Below are positions 1-8,985 of a stretch of 64,000 bases of DNA, piece by piece. The DNA is taken from NCBI GenBank assembly GCA_964585095.1, contig CAZPCN010000012.1:3430-67429 (forward strand). Reading direction: 5' to 3'. This stretch comes from an uncultured Syntrophaceae bacterium. GTDB taxonomy: Bacteria > Desulfobacterota > Syntrophia > Syntrophales > UBA2192. A program made the position numbers and the translations under genes. The notes under the pieces were generated by a model, which had not been told where the DNA came from, ran no database searches, and saw only the letters and a list, made by a program, of their open reading frames with translations. Positions within the stretch are counted from its first letter, which is position 1, and each line of letters opens with the position of its first letter.

Positions 1-851
1 TTCCTCATCTCGTCGACGGCCGTGGCCGCTGTTTCTCCCATGGAACCCATGGTGAGCATGAGCGTGTCGGCGTCCTTGGCCCGGTAGGTCTCGACGACGC
101 TGTACTTGCGGCCGAAACGCTTTGCCCATTCACCAAAGACCCTCGTGACGACCTTTTTGGCGGCCCGCAGGGCCACTTCCTTCGCCTTCACCGTCTCCGT
201 GTACGTGTCGGGCATGGCGAAACAGCCCATGGAGATGGGGTTGTCCGGGTGCAGCTGCGCGAAGGCTTTCCTCGGCGGCAGGAACTTCGCCACCTCGGAC
301 TGGCTGGGCAGCTCGAGAGGCTCGATCATGTGGGTCAACTGGAAGCCGTCGATGTTGACCACGCAGGGAAGCATCACCTCGGGGTCCTCGGCAATCTTGA
401 AGGACATGATCGACAGGTCGATCGCTTCCTGGCCGTTTTCGACGAACAGGGAAATCCAGCCGCTGTCGCGCTGGGGCATGATGTCCGTGTGGTCGTTCCA
501 GATGTTGAGAGGGCCCGAGACGGCGCGGTTGGCGTTGGCCATGCAGATGGGAAGCCGCATGGCCGAGACGATGGGCAGGATCTCGTGCATCAACATGAGC
601 CCCTGGGAGCTCGTCGCCGTGTACGCGCGGGCCCCGGCCGCCGAGGCGCCGGCGCAGGCGCTGATGGCGGAATGCTCGCTCTCGACGGTTATGAACTCGG
701 CGTCGATGCGGCCGTCATGGATGATATCCGCCATGTGCTCGGCGATGTGCGACTGCGGCGTGATCGGGTAGACGGCCGCCACATCGATATTACAGAGCGC
801 AACGGCCTCGGCCGCCGCGATGGCCACTTCCATTCCAACGCGTTTTCCCAT
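1..851 (-). CDS. porA: Pyruvate/2-oxoacid:ferredoxin oxidoreductase alpha subunit (3' end runs off the window)
   Basis: Manual translation from ATG at 851 after an AGGAGGAGGAG RBS: MGKRVGMEVAIAAAEAVALCNIDVAAVYPITPQSHIAE...ESEHSALSA. YPITP motif; follows porC and porD. Confidence 0.93.
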   Translation of the reverse strand, partial: MGKRVGMEVAIAAAEAVALCNIDVAAVYPITPQSHIAEHMADIIHDGRIDAEFITVESEHSAISACAGASAAGARAYTATSSQGLMLMHEILPIVSAMRLPICMANANRAVSGPLNIWNDHTDIMPQRDSGWISLFVENGQEAIDLSIMSFKIAEDPEVMLPCVVNIDGFQLTHMIEPLELPSQSEVAKFLPPRKAFAQLHPDNPISMGCFAMPDTYTETVKAKEVALRAAKKVVTRVFGEWAKRFGRKYSVVETYRAKDADTLMLTMGSMGETAATAVDEMR

Positions 852-852
852 C

Positions 853-1161
853 TTACTCCTCCTCCTCGCGCATCACGATGGCGCCGGGCCAGCACTCGTG
901 GGCGCAGATCCCGCAACCCTTGCAGTAATCCAGATTCGCCTCGTAGAAGCCTTCCTTCGTCTCCTGAATGCACCCTTCGGGGCAGAAGATGTAGCAGATC
1001 CCGCACTTGATGCACTTGGCGTTGTCCCACAGGGGGCGCTGGGACTTCCAGCTTCCGGTCTTGTAGTTTGCGGCGTTGCCCGCGGCGAAAACCATGCAGC
1101 CGGGGTTGAGCTCCTGCCACGTTTCGGGCCACTTCTTCTGCTCTGTCTTTTTCTTTGCCAT
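853..1161 (-). CDS. porD: 2-oxoacid:ferredoxin oxidoreductase delta subunit (2x[4Fe-4S])
   Basis: YKTGSWKSQRP, then CIKCGICYIFCP and CKGCGICAHECW ferredoxin motifs. Confidence 0.93.
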   Translation of the reverse strand: MAKKKTEQKKWPETWQELNPGCMVFAAGNAANYKTGSWKSQRPLWDNAKCIKCGICYIFCPEGCIQETKEGFYEANLDYCKGCGICAHECWPGAIVMREEEE

Positions 1162-1179
1162 ATCAGAACCTCGTGCCGA

Positions 1180-1734
1180 TCAGGCGGCTTTTGCTACTTT
1201 GAGTTCGTTGAAAGCCCGTTTCATGGCGGACATGTTCTTGCCGGCCACACGCCCGAAGCGGTGCTCCAAGGGCGGTTTCATGGCTGTGAGGCTGAGAACG
1301 CCCGTGGCCTTGAGGACGGCCCCCAGCATGGTCGTGTTCGAGATCGGTACGCCAAGCTCTTCCCGGGCGATGTGCGTGGCATCGACGGTGTACAGCTTCC
1401 CCTTGTAATTGAGCTTCTTGCGAATCTCCTCGGCGGATTTGGACGTGTTGACGATCAGGATTCCGCCCGGTTTGAGCCCGTCGGTAACGGGAACGAGGCT
1501 TACGAGGCTGGGGTCGAGGACGACGACCACATCGGGCTGGTAGATCCCCGAACGGATCTTGATGGGCTTGTCGGATATGCGGTTGAAGGCCATGACGGGC
1601 GCGCCCCGGCGCTCCGGCCCGAATGCCGGGAATCCCTGGGCGTACTTCCCGGCCTCGATCGCCGCCAGGGCGATCATTTCAACGGACGTAACGGCACCCT
1701 GGCCGCCTCTTCCATGCCATCGGATCTCTATCAT
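1180..1734 (-). CDS. porC: 2-oxoacid:ferredoxin oxidoreductase gamma subunit
   Basis: MIEIRWHGRGGQGAVT and FGPERRGAP motifs. Confidence 0.95.
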   Translation of the reverse strand: MIEIRWHGRGGQGAVTSVEMIALAAIEAGKYAQGFPAFGPERRGAPVMAFNRISDKPIKIRSGIYQPDVVVVLDPSLVSLVPVTDGLKPGGILIVNTSKSAEEIRKKLNYKGKLYTVDATHIAREELGVPISNTTMLGAVLKATGVLSLTAMKPPLEHRFGRVAGKNMSAMKRAFNELKVAKAA

Positions 1735-1968
1735 CGGTGATTCTCCCCCGGAAAGATTTGCGTCGTACGTGAAAAGGGATTGGCGGAATCAAATATTACA
1801 GAAAATTTCCCATATCCGAATCGAGATTGCCTGTCAATATCAAATTGGTAACTTTTCAGATGTTTTTCGCTTTTTCCCGCAGGCCGGGAAGTGCAGAAAC
1901 TGCACTCTAGAGTGGATATAAGAGCCTGTTTTGTGTTACCTTTTCCCGACAATGGCAGGAGAAACGGG

Positions 1969-2739
1969 ATGAGCTTCCTGATCGGTTTGATTGCCGGGGT
2001 TTTCGGTGGACTCGTGGGACTGGGCGGCGGGGTGGTCATGATCCCCCTGATGACCCGAATGCTGGGACTTCCGCAGGCCCGCGCCCATGGAACGAGCCTG
2101 GCCGTCGTCGTGGTGGCCGGCCTCTCCGGAGCCTTCGCCTATGCCATGGAAGGAACCGTCGATTACGGGGCGGCCCTGATCCTGGCCGTCACGGCTTCCG
2201 CCACGGCCCGCGTCGGTGCCCATTACTGTGCAATCCTGCCCGAATGGAAGCTGAAGCGCCATTTCGGCTGTATCCTCGTGGCGGCTGCATTTCTGCTGGC
2301 TTCAAACCCATACCTGGGTGCGCTTGTCGTCTTTTCGCTTGCCGGCTGGGCGTCTGTCGCGGCCCTTGCGGCCACGGGCCTGGTGACGGGATTCATCGCG
2401 GGGCTGCTGGGCATCGGCGGCGGCGCTTTCATGATCGCCGGGATGGTGATCTTCGTCGGGATGGGCCAGCACATCGCCCAGGGCAGCTCCCTGCTGAGCA
2501 TGGTACCGGCGGCGGCCGTCGGGGCCTGGGCCCACTGGCGCCGCGGCAACGTCGAGGCGGCCGTCCTGCCGGGCCTTGCGGTCGGAATCCTCATCGGGGC
2601 TTTCCTGGGGGGGGCCGTTGCCAATTCCCTGCCGGAGCAGACCCTGAGGATCGTCTTCGCCGTCGTGCTGACCTGGCTGGGGGTGGACCTGGTCCGGAAA
2701 AACCTGGGCCCGAAGAAAAATGAATCCTGCGAAAGGTAA
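1969..2739 (+). CDS. TSUP (TauE/SafE) family membrane transporter
   Basis: GGLVGLGGGVVMIP and GLLGIGGGAFMI duplicated halves with multiple TM helices; start chosen at ATG 1969 after AGGAGA. Confidence 0.9.
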   Translation: MSFLIGLIAGVFGGLVGLGGGVVMIPLMTRMLGLPQARAHGTSLAVVVVAGLSGAFAYAMEGTVDYGAALILAVTASATARVGAHYCAILPEWKLKRHFGCILVAAAFLLASNPYLGALVVFSLAGWASVAALAATGLVTGFIAGLLGIGGGAFMIAGMVIFVGMGQHIAQGSSLLSMVPAAAVGAWAHWRRGNVEAAVLPGLAVGILIGAFLGGAVANSLPEQTLRIVFAVVLTWLGVDLVRKNLGPKKNESCER

Positions 2740-2775
2740 GGCGAGCGGGATGTTCCTGTCCGCAAATAGATAGAA

Positions 2776-2821
2776 AAATCCCCCTCTTTCCCCCTTTTAT
2801 AAGGGGGGGCAAGGGGGATTT
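2776..2821. repeat. C-run/G-run REP-like palindrome between convergent genes
   Basis: AAATCCCCCT-CTTTCCCCCTTTTATAAGGGGGGGCA-AGGGGGATTT: 10-bp outer inverted repeat plus an inner CCCCCTT/AAGGGGG stem. Confidence 0.7.
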
Positions 2822-2832
2822 GATTCAGCCGA

Positions 2833-3432
2833 TCACATGCCGCGGCGGTGTTCCATGGCCTTCGCCAGCGTCATCTTGTCCGTGTAGCGCAAATCGCCGC
2901 CCACGGGTACCCCGAGGGCGATCCGCGTGACCTCGACCCCCTTTTCCCTGAGGAGCCGCATGATCAGCAGGGCCGTCGATTCGCCCTGGACGCTGGGGTT
3001 GGTGGCCACGATGACCTCGCGGATGCCGCCGCGCTCCAGGCGCTCGCCAAGCTCGCGGATCCGGATCTGATCCGGGCCGATCCCGTCCAGGGGCGCCAGA
3101 GCCCCGTGCAGGACGTGGTAGGTGCCCCGGAAGCAGCCGCTCTCCTCGATGGCGGTGAGCGAGTCGGGGTCCTCGACGACACAGATGCGCTCGCTGTCCC
3201 GGACCGGGTCGCTGCAGATCGCGCAGAGCTCGTCCTCGGCCAGGTTGAAGCAGACCGAGCAGAAGCGGATCTTCTCCTTCACCTCGACGATGCTGTCGGC
3301 AAGCCTCCTGGCTTCTTCGTCGGAGCCCCTCAGGATGAACAGGGCGAGCCGCGTGGCCGTCTTCTCCCCGATGCCCGGCAGGCGGCCGAGCTCCTGGATG
3401 AGTCGCTGGATGGGCGCTGCGTATCCCGTCAT
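2833..3432 (-). CDS. recR: Recombination mediator RecR
   Basis: [13 protein letters not shown]hH, C4 zinc finger CSVCFN...CAIC, Toprim VVEDP, YHVLHG. Confidence 0.97.
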   Translation of the reverse strand: MTGYAAPIQRLIQELGRLPGIGEKTATRLALFILRGSDEEARRLADSIVEVKEKIRFCSVCFNLAEDELCAICSDPVRDSERICVVEDPDSLTAIEESGCFRGTYHVLHGALAPLDGIGPDQIRIRELGERLERGGIREVIVATNPSVQGESTALLIMRLLREKGVEVTRIALGVPVGGDLRYTDKMTLAKAMEHRRGM

Positions 3433-3445
3433 GGCAGGCGCCCTC

Positions 3446-3754
3446 TCACATCATCCCGGGCAGCTTCATCCCGCCGGTGACCTTTGCCATCTCCGCCGAG
3501 GCCATCTCCTGGGCCTTGCGGACCCCTTCGTTCACCGCCGCCACGATGAGATCCTGCAGCATCTCCACATCGTCGGGATTGACGACGTCCTTTTCGATGC
3601 GGATCGACAGGAGCTCGAACTTGCCGTTGACAACGGCCGTCACCATGCCGCCGCCCGAGGTCGCTTCCACCGTTTTCGAGGCGAGTTCCTCCTGGACCTT
3701 CGCCATTTTCTCCTGGAGCTTCTGGGCCTGTTTCATAATATTCTGGAAATTCAA
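3446..3754 (-). CDS. ybaB: YbaB/EbfC nucleoid-associated protein
   Basis: [11 protein letters not shown]...[12 protein letters not shown]...[13 protein letters not shown]; lies between dnaX and recR. Confidence 0.95.
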   Translation of the reverse strand: MNFQNIMKQAQKLQEKMAKVQEELASKTVEATSGGGMVTAVVNGKFELLSIRIEKDVVNPDDVEMLQDLIVAAVNEGVRKAQEMASAEMAKVTGGMKLPGMM

Positions 3755-3772
3755 AACAACTACCTCCCAAAC

Positions 3773-3850
3773 TGGTCTGTCTCGTCTATTTGGTCTGTTT
3801 CGTCACTGCCGTTTTTCTCACCCTCTCACCCTCTTACCTTCTCACCCTCT
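3773..3850. repeat. Adjacent 9-mer and 8-mer short tandem repeat arrays
   Basis: TGGTCTGTC/TCGTCTATT/TGGTCTGTT/TCGTCACTG, then TTCTCACC/CTCTCACC/CTCTTACC/TTCTCACC. Confidence 0.75.
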
Positions 3851-5507
3851 ATTTTTCCTTGACGATCACTTCCTGCACCTCGGCCCCCTCGAAGACATCC
3901 ATGACCTTCTGCAGCAGCGGATGGTTCAGGGCCTCCCGGCGAACCTGGTTGGCGCGGTTCTGGTTCGGGCCGTTTCTCGACGGGCCGTTGGCCTCGCCGG
4001 AACCGTTTTCAACGGTCTCCACGGCCAGTCGTACGGGCTGGCCGAAGAACTCCCGGGCCATCTCCTCGAGTTTTTCCCGCTCTGGTTTCTCGTCGAAGAA
4101 GTCGAGGAAGAGATAGCCCTTCGGGAACCCGAGCCGCAGCGTCCCGTCGACAAACCCGACCAGCCTGCCCGGCTCGATCTTCGCCCAGAGGGGCTGGTTT
4201 CTTCTTTTGACGAACTGCTTGAACTCCGCCCACTGCTCCCCGGATTCCTGCGGGGACGGCTCCCTGACGACGGAATCGTCGGACGCCCGATCGATCCCCG
4301 TTCTTTCAGAGGGCGGGACATAGGGTTTCCCCGGTGCGGGGCCGGCGGCGGGTCCCTGCCCGAGGCGCCTTTCGATCCCTTCCATGCGGGAGAGGATCTC
4401 GTCGACGGGAATCAGGGGCTCCTGCCAGGCCATCTTGACGGCCGTGAATTCCAGGACGAGCCGGGGGTTGACGCTCCTGCGGACCTCCTCCTCGCCGGCC
4501 AGGAGCACATCGAGCAGCCGCTGCAGCGTCTCCTGCGAGACGGGGGCGGCCTGTTGCGTGAGCTCGGCCGCCTCGTGGTCGGACAGGTCGAGCAAATCCC
4601 CCCCGCCCGCCGTGATCTTGACAAGCAGCAGGTTGCGGAAATGGGCAAGCATCCGCTCGTAGAACACCTTCAGGTCGGCCCCGGCGTAGAAGGCTTCGTC
4701 GATGATCTTCAGGCAGGCCGCGGCATCCCGGGCGAGGACGGCTCGGGAGAGAGCGAGGAGGTACTTCCGGTCGCCCATGCCCAGCAGGGCCTCCACGTCG
4801 GCATCGTGGATGTCGGTGCCGGCAAAGGAGATGGCCTGGTCGAGGATGCTCTGGGAATCGCGGAGGCTTCCCTCTCCGCCCTGGGCAATCCAGGCGAGGG
4901 CCTGGTCGCCCACCGTGATGCCCTCCCCCTCGGCGATCTTGCGCAGGGTAGCCGTGATCTCCTTGAGGGAGATGCGCTTGAACTCGTAGCGCTGGCAGCG
5001 CGAGAGGATCGTGGCGGGGATCTTGTGGGTTTCCGTGGTGGCAAAGACGAAGATGACGTGGGGCGGGGGCTCCTCGAGCGTCTTCAGCAGCGCGTTGAAG
5101 GCCTCCTTGGTGAGCATGTGCACTTCGTCGATGATGTAGATCTTGTAGCGCGACGACGAGGGGGAGAACTTCACGTTCTCCCTCAGCTCGCGGATCTCGT
5201 CGATGCCGCGGTTGGACGCGCCGTCGATCTCGTGGACGTCCATGGAGGAGCCGTCGGTGATCTCCCGGCAGTTCGAGCAGGCGTTGCAGGGTTTCTCGGT
5301 GGGCCCGTGCTCGCAGTTGAGGGCCTTGGCCAGGATGCGGGCCACCGACGTCTTGCCGACCCCGCGGGGGCCGCTGAAGATGAAGGCGTGGGCCACGCGG
5401 CCCAGGCGGATCGCGTTGCGCAGCGTCGTGACGACGTGATCCTGCCCGACCACGTCCTCGAAGACCTGGGGTCTCCACTTTCTGGCTAGGACTAAGTATT
5501 CCACCAT
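3849..5507 (-). CDS. dnaX: DNA polymerase III subunit gamma/tau
   Basis: YLVLARKWRPQ, GPRGVGKTS Walker A, IIDEVHML, TLEEPP, TILSRCQ. Confidence 0.97.
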   Translation of the reverse strand: MVEYLVLARKWRPQVFEDVVGQDHVVTTLRNAIRLGRVAHAFIFSGPRGVGKTSVARILAKALNCEHGPTEKPCNACSNCREITDGSSMDVHEIDGASNRGIDEIRELRENVKFSPSSSRYKIYIIDEVHMLTKEAFNALLKTLEEPPPHVIFVFATTETHKIPATILSRCQRYEFKRISLKEITATLRKIAEGEGITVGDQALAWIAQGGEGSLRDSQSILDQAISFAGTDIHDADVEALLGMGDRKYLLALSRAVLARDAAACLKIIDEAFYAGADLKVFYERMLAHFRNLLLVKITAGGGDLLDLSDHEAAELTQQAAPVSQETLQRLLDVLLAGEEEVRRSVNPRLVLEFTAVKMAWQEPLIPVDEILSRMEGIERRLGQGPAAGPAPGKPYVPPSERTGIDRASDDSVVREPSPQESGEQWAEFKQFVKRRNQPLWAKIEPGRLVGFVDGTLRLGFPKGYLFLDFFDEKPEREKLEEMAREFFGQPVRLAVETVENGSGEANGPSRNGPNQNRANQVRREALNHPLLQKVMDVFEGAEVQEVIVKEK

Positions 5508-5525
5508 GGCCCCGGTATTATATAA

Positions 5526-5628
<103 letters not shown>

Positions 5629-5634
5629 TTTTCA

Positions 5635-6855
5635 CTATACTCTTCCCGGACCGGAAGAGGCGAGGATTTTTTCCACATCCCCGCGGACGCTCGGGAGATC
5701 GCTGTCGATGACCTCGGCGCCCCGGCGGGCAAAGACGCTCATGTCCTTCAGGCCCGAGCCCGTGAGCATGAGAACAACCGAATCGTCCCCGCCGATCTTC
5801 CCCGCTGCCCGGAGCTTTCTTGCGGCGGCAAGCGGGGCGGCCGCAGCCGGCTCGACGAAATAGCCTGCGCGGGCGAGCCGGGCCTGGGCGTCGAGGATCT
5901 CCTCTTCCGTCACGTCCTCGGCGAGCCATCCGAACTGCCGGGCCTTGAGGACGATCTCGTCGCCTCCCGGGGGGTCGCCCGAGGTGATGGCCTCGGCCAC
6001 GGTTTCCTTCCCGGTCACGGGGACGATCCGGTCCCGGCCTTCCCGGATGGCCGAAACGACGGGGTTCACGTTCGCCGCCTGGACGACGATCATCCGGGGC
6101 AGGCGGTCGACGATCCCCGCCTCCTTCAGCTCCCGGTAGCCCTTGAAGATCCCCCGGATGTGCCCGCAGGCCGAGGTGGGCACGGCGATGAAGTCGGGGA
6201 CGCCCCCTTCGAGCTGCTCGACCATCTCGAAGGCCGTGAGCTTGTAGCCCTCCGTACGGACCGGGCCGTTCCCCGACACGACGCGGAGGCTGAGTCCCGC
6301 GGCAAGCCCCAGGACCTCCCGTTTCATCAGGGAGTAGTCGGGGGCGGCGACCCTCACCACCGTGGCCCCGTGGATGGCCATGGCGAGGATCTTTTCCGGC
6401 GGTGCGTAGCGGGGGACGAAGACAACGGCCCGAATCCCCGCGTGCGCCGCGTAGGCGGCGATGGAGTTTCCCATGTTTCCCGTCGAGATCGTGGCCGTGA
6501 CGGTTTCCCCCATCTGGCGGGCCATGGCCATCGTGGTGAGCGAGCCCCGGTCCTTGAAGCTCCACGTGGGGTTCATGGTCTCGTTTTTCAAGAGCAGCCG
6601 TCCGATCCCGGTGTGCCCCGCAAGGGCCTTGCCCGCCGGCAGAAGCGGCGTTCCGCCTTCGCCGAGGCTCAACGCCCCGTCGATCTCGACGGGGAGGAAA
6701 TCGGCGAATCGCTCCCAGAGGTGCCGGCCCGTCCTCACGCGGGCGTTGGCCAGCCCGCCGACGGCAACCTCCAGGGATTCGCCGTTATCGGCGAACTCCT
6801 CGATACGCTCGAAGGGGAAGACCTGGCCGGAAATGGTGGACAGGAGCCTATTCAC
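5635..6855 (-). CDS. Threonine synthase-like PLP enzyme (fold type II)
   Basis: LSLGEGGTPL, NPTWSFKDRG (PLP Lys), STGNMGNS, GYKLTAFE, VEPAAA, LTGSGLKD. Confidence 0.85.
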   Translation of the reverse strand: MNRLLSTISGQVFPFERIEEFADNGESLEVAVGGLANARVRTGRHLWERFADFLPVEIDGALSLGEGGTPLLPAGKALAGHTGIGRLLLKNETMNPTWSFKDRGSLTTMAMARQMGETVTATISTGNMGNSIAAYAAHAGIRAVVFVPRYAPPEKILAMAIHGATVVRVAAPDYSLMKREVLGLAAGLSLRVVSGNGPVRTEGYKLTAFEMVEQLEGGVPDFIAVPTSACGHIRGIFKGYRELKEAGIVDRLPRMIVVQAANVNPVVSAIREGRDRIVPVTGKETVAEAITSGDPPGGDEIVLKARQFGWLAEDVTEEEILDAQARLARAGYFVEPAAAAPLAAARKLRAAGKIGGDDSVVLMLTGSGLKDMSVFARRGAEVIDSDLPSVRGDVEKILASSGPGRV

Positions 6856-6881
6856 GTGTTGAACCGCACCCCGGGGCCCGG

Positions 6882-6921
6882 GAAAGAAAAACGGCGGTCA
6901 ACACCCGATCGCCGCCGTTTT
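6882..6921 (-). terminator. Intrinsic terminator after tRNA-Ser(GGA)
   Basis: Minus strand AAACGGCGG-N14-CCGCCGTTTTTCTTTC. Confidence 0.7.
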
Positions 6922-6927
6922 ATGTTC

Positions 6928-7022
6928 TGGCGGAGAGAGGGGGATTCGAACCCCCGGTGCACCTTTAAGGGGCGCACACACGATTTCCAGTCGTGCCCAT
7001 TCGGCCTCTCTGGCATCTCTCC
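6928..7022 (-). tRNA. tRNA-Ser (anticodon GGA)
   Basis: Acceptor GGAGAGA/TCTCTCC-G-CCA, anticodon arm CACGA-CTGGAAA-TCGTG, long variable arm, T-loop GGTTCGAATCC. Confidence 0.97.
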
Positions 7023-7222
7023 GCAATGTCCCGTATCAGCGAAGAGGGGCCCCCGTTGGGAGCCCTCCTTGCATTGGGCGTCTCTTACCAGTTTAGCCGC
7101 CGTTTGTCCATACCCTTCTTGCAGGGCAAAATGCGAAGCAAATCAGGGAAAAGGAAATGCCGAAACGGGCGTCAGCGGGGAGCAGGAAAAACCCGGCGCC
7201 AGCCGGGAAAAGGGCATAAAAA

Positions 7223-7317
7223 TGGCGGAGAGAGGGGGATTCGAACCCCCGTGAGAGCTGTTAGGCCCTCAAACCGATTTCGAGTCGGTCCCGTTATGAC
7301 CACTTCGGTATCTCTCC
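7223..7317 (-). tRNA. tRNA-Ser (anticodon CGA)
   Basis: Same acceptor stem, anticodon arm ACCGA-CTCGAAA-TCGGT, long variable arm, encoded CCA. Confidence 0.97.
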
Positions 7318-7332
7318 GCGTCTATGGACGAT

Positions 7333-7785
7333 TCATAATCGTTTTTCGCGGAAAAATCTACTCAAAATTTCGCCGCATTCCGCCGCCAGGACCCCGCCCG
7401 CGACCTCCACCCGGTGGTTGAGGCGGTCATCCTCCAGCACCCGGTAGAGGGATACGGCGGCGCCTCCCTTCGGGTCTGTCGCCCCGAAGACGAGCCGTGA
7501 AACGCGGGCGTGGACGATGGCCCCCGCGCACATGAGGCAGGGCTCGATCGTCACGTAGAGCGTCGTGCCCGCAAGGCGGTAATTGCCCGCCGCGGCGGCC
7601 GCCCTTCGCAGGGCCAGGACCTCGGCGTGGGCCGAGGGGTCGCTGAGCCCCACGGGCGCGTTGTGGGCCGAGGCGATGACCTCCCCGCCCCGGACGACGA
7701 CGGCGCCCACGGGCACCTCGCCCGCCTCCATGGCCTTTTGCGCCTCGGCGAGGGCAAGCCTCATGAACTGCTCGTCCCGATGCAT
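7333..7785 (-). CDS. tadA: tRNA adenosine(34) deaminase
   Basis: FMRLALAEA, GEVPVGAVVV, AHAE, TIEPCLMCAGA; start trimmed to MHRDEQ. Confidence 0.95.
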   Translation of the reverse strand: MHRDEQFMRLALAEAQKAMEAGEVPVGAVVVRGGEVIASAHNAPVGLSDPSAHAEVLALRRAAAAAGNYRLAGTTLYVTIEPCLMCAGAIVHARVSRLVFGATDPKGGAAVSLYRVLEDDRLNHRVEVAGGVLAAECGEILSRFFREKRL

Positions 7786-7875
7786 CGCAAATCCCCTGCT
7801 GGCTGCCGGGTTGGCAGCAAACTTGCTTTCTTTCAACTTGTTGACTATAAAGGGTTCTCCCGCGGGTGAAGTCTC

Positions 7876-8427
7876 ATGATATCCAAAAAAGCCCTGGTCC
7901 GATTCGTCCTCGCGTCCTGCGCCTTCCACGCGGCCGTCCTGGCGCTCGCGGGCCTGCTGATCTCGTCCGGCTCCCCGCTTCCCTTCGAGACTTTCACCGT
8001 GCGTCTGGCCGACGCGCCGGCAAACGCGCCCGACGACAGCCGAAAGGCGGTGATCAAAAAGGACCTGTCTCTTGACAGGCCCCACCGGGAGCCTGCCCCG
8101 GGCCCCGAGGAGACCGTTGACCTCACGAGCGCCTCGGGGAAGTACCGGGCCTATCTTCGAGCTCTGCGACAGAAAATCGAGGCCCTGTGGGCATACCCCC
8201 CGGATGCCTATTCGCGCAGCGAGACGGGGACGGCGGTGGTCCGCTTCTCCATCCAGAACGACGGGTCCCTGGCGGCAACGGACATCGTTTCGTCATCGGG
8301 GTCCGAATCGCTCGATCGCGGCGCTCTCGCCGTCGTCCAGGCCGCGGCCCCCTATGCGCCCTTACCGGATACCTTCAATCTTTCCACGTTGCACGTCGTG
8401 GCAAAGTTCGAGTATGAAATGGACTGA
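7876..8427 (+). CDS. TonB family energy transducer (N-terminal TM plus TonB-C domain)
   Basis: TM segment ending FHAAVLAL; WAYPPDA...GTAVVRFSI...SSGSESLDRGAL. Confidence 0.85.
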   Translation: MISKKALVRFVLASCAFHAAVLALAGLLISSGSPLPFETFTVRLADAPANAPDDSRKAVIKKDLSLDRPHREPAPGPEETVDLTSASGKYRAYLRALRQKIEALWAYPPDAYSRSETGTAVVRFSIQNDGSLAATDIVSSSGSESLDRGALAVVQAAAPYAPLPDTFNLSTLHVVAKFEYEMD

Positions 8428-8437
8428 GGAACATCAC

Positions 8438-8872
8438 ATGGACGACCCCAACATCGCCATCGCCCGCGAGATCGTCGCCGGGGACCCCATGGCCTCCTTC
8501 CTGGGGATCCGGCTCGAGGAGGTGCGGCGTGCCTACGCCCGCCTCTCCGTCGAGATCAGGCCCGAGTACCTCAATGCCCACGACCGGGCCCACGGGATGA
8601 TCCTGTCGTCGATGATCGACCAGGCGGCCGCCGTAGCCGCCAATTCCATGGAATTCGACGTCCTGCTCGTGGAGCTGAAGATCAACTACCTTGCCGCCGC
8701 CGCCCCCGGGGAGCGCATCACGGCGGAGGCCAGGCCCGTCGACATCAAGAAATCCCTGAGCCTCTGGACGGTGGATGTGCGAGGCGCCTCGGGCACGCTT
8801 GTCGCCACGGGTCAGGCCCTGGGCTATCACCGCCTGCGCGACAGGAAGGAAGTGAAGAAGAGAGGAAGTTAG
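8438..8872 (+). CDS. PaaI-type hotdog-fold thioesterase
   Basis: DPMASFLGI, YLNAHDRAHGMIL, DQAAAVAANS, LKINYL. Confidence 0.88.
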   Translation: MDDPNIAIAREIVAGDPMASFLGIRLEEVRRAYARLSVEIRPEYLNAHDRAHGMILSSMIDQAAAVAANSMEFDVLLVELKINYLAAAAPGERITAEARPVDIKKSLSLWTVDVRGASGTLVATGQALGYHRLRDRKEVKKRGS

Positions 8873-8985
8873 GAAGAGCAGAAAGACAAAACTTTTTCTC
8901 TTATCCGCTCATCCGCGCTTCATATCTTCCTGGCTTCCCTCTTTTCCGCGCCTCCGCTCTTCTGCTCTTCCGCTCTTCCTTCCTT
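8855..8985. repeat. 8-nt-period GA-rich arrays at the convergent 3' ends of the thioesterase and flavin oxidoreductase genes
   Basis: Plus GAAGTGAA/GAAGAGAG/GAAGTTAG/GAAGAGCA; minus GAAGAGCG/GAAGAGCA/GAAGAGCG/GAGGCGCG. Confidence 0.6.

Noticed and set aside
6928-7250. 28-nt identical repeat TGGCGGAGAGAGGGGGATTCGAACCCCC as attL/attR
   Set aside because: Both copies are the 3' ends of complete tRNA-Ser genes; no integrase or cargo lies between them.
7786-8085. N-terminal extension of tadA
   Set aside because: It overlaps the divergent tonB gene; deaminase similarity starts at MHRDEQ.
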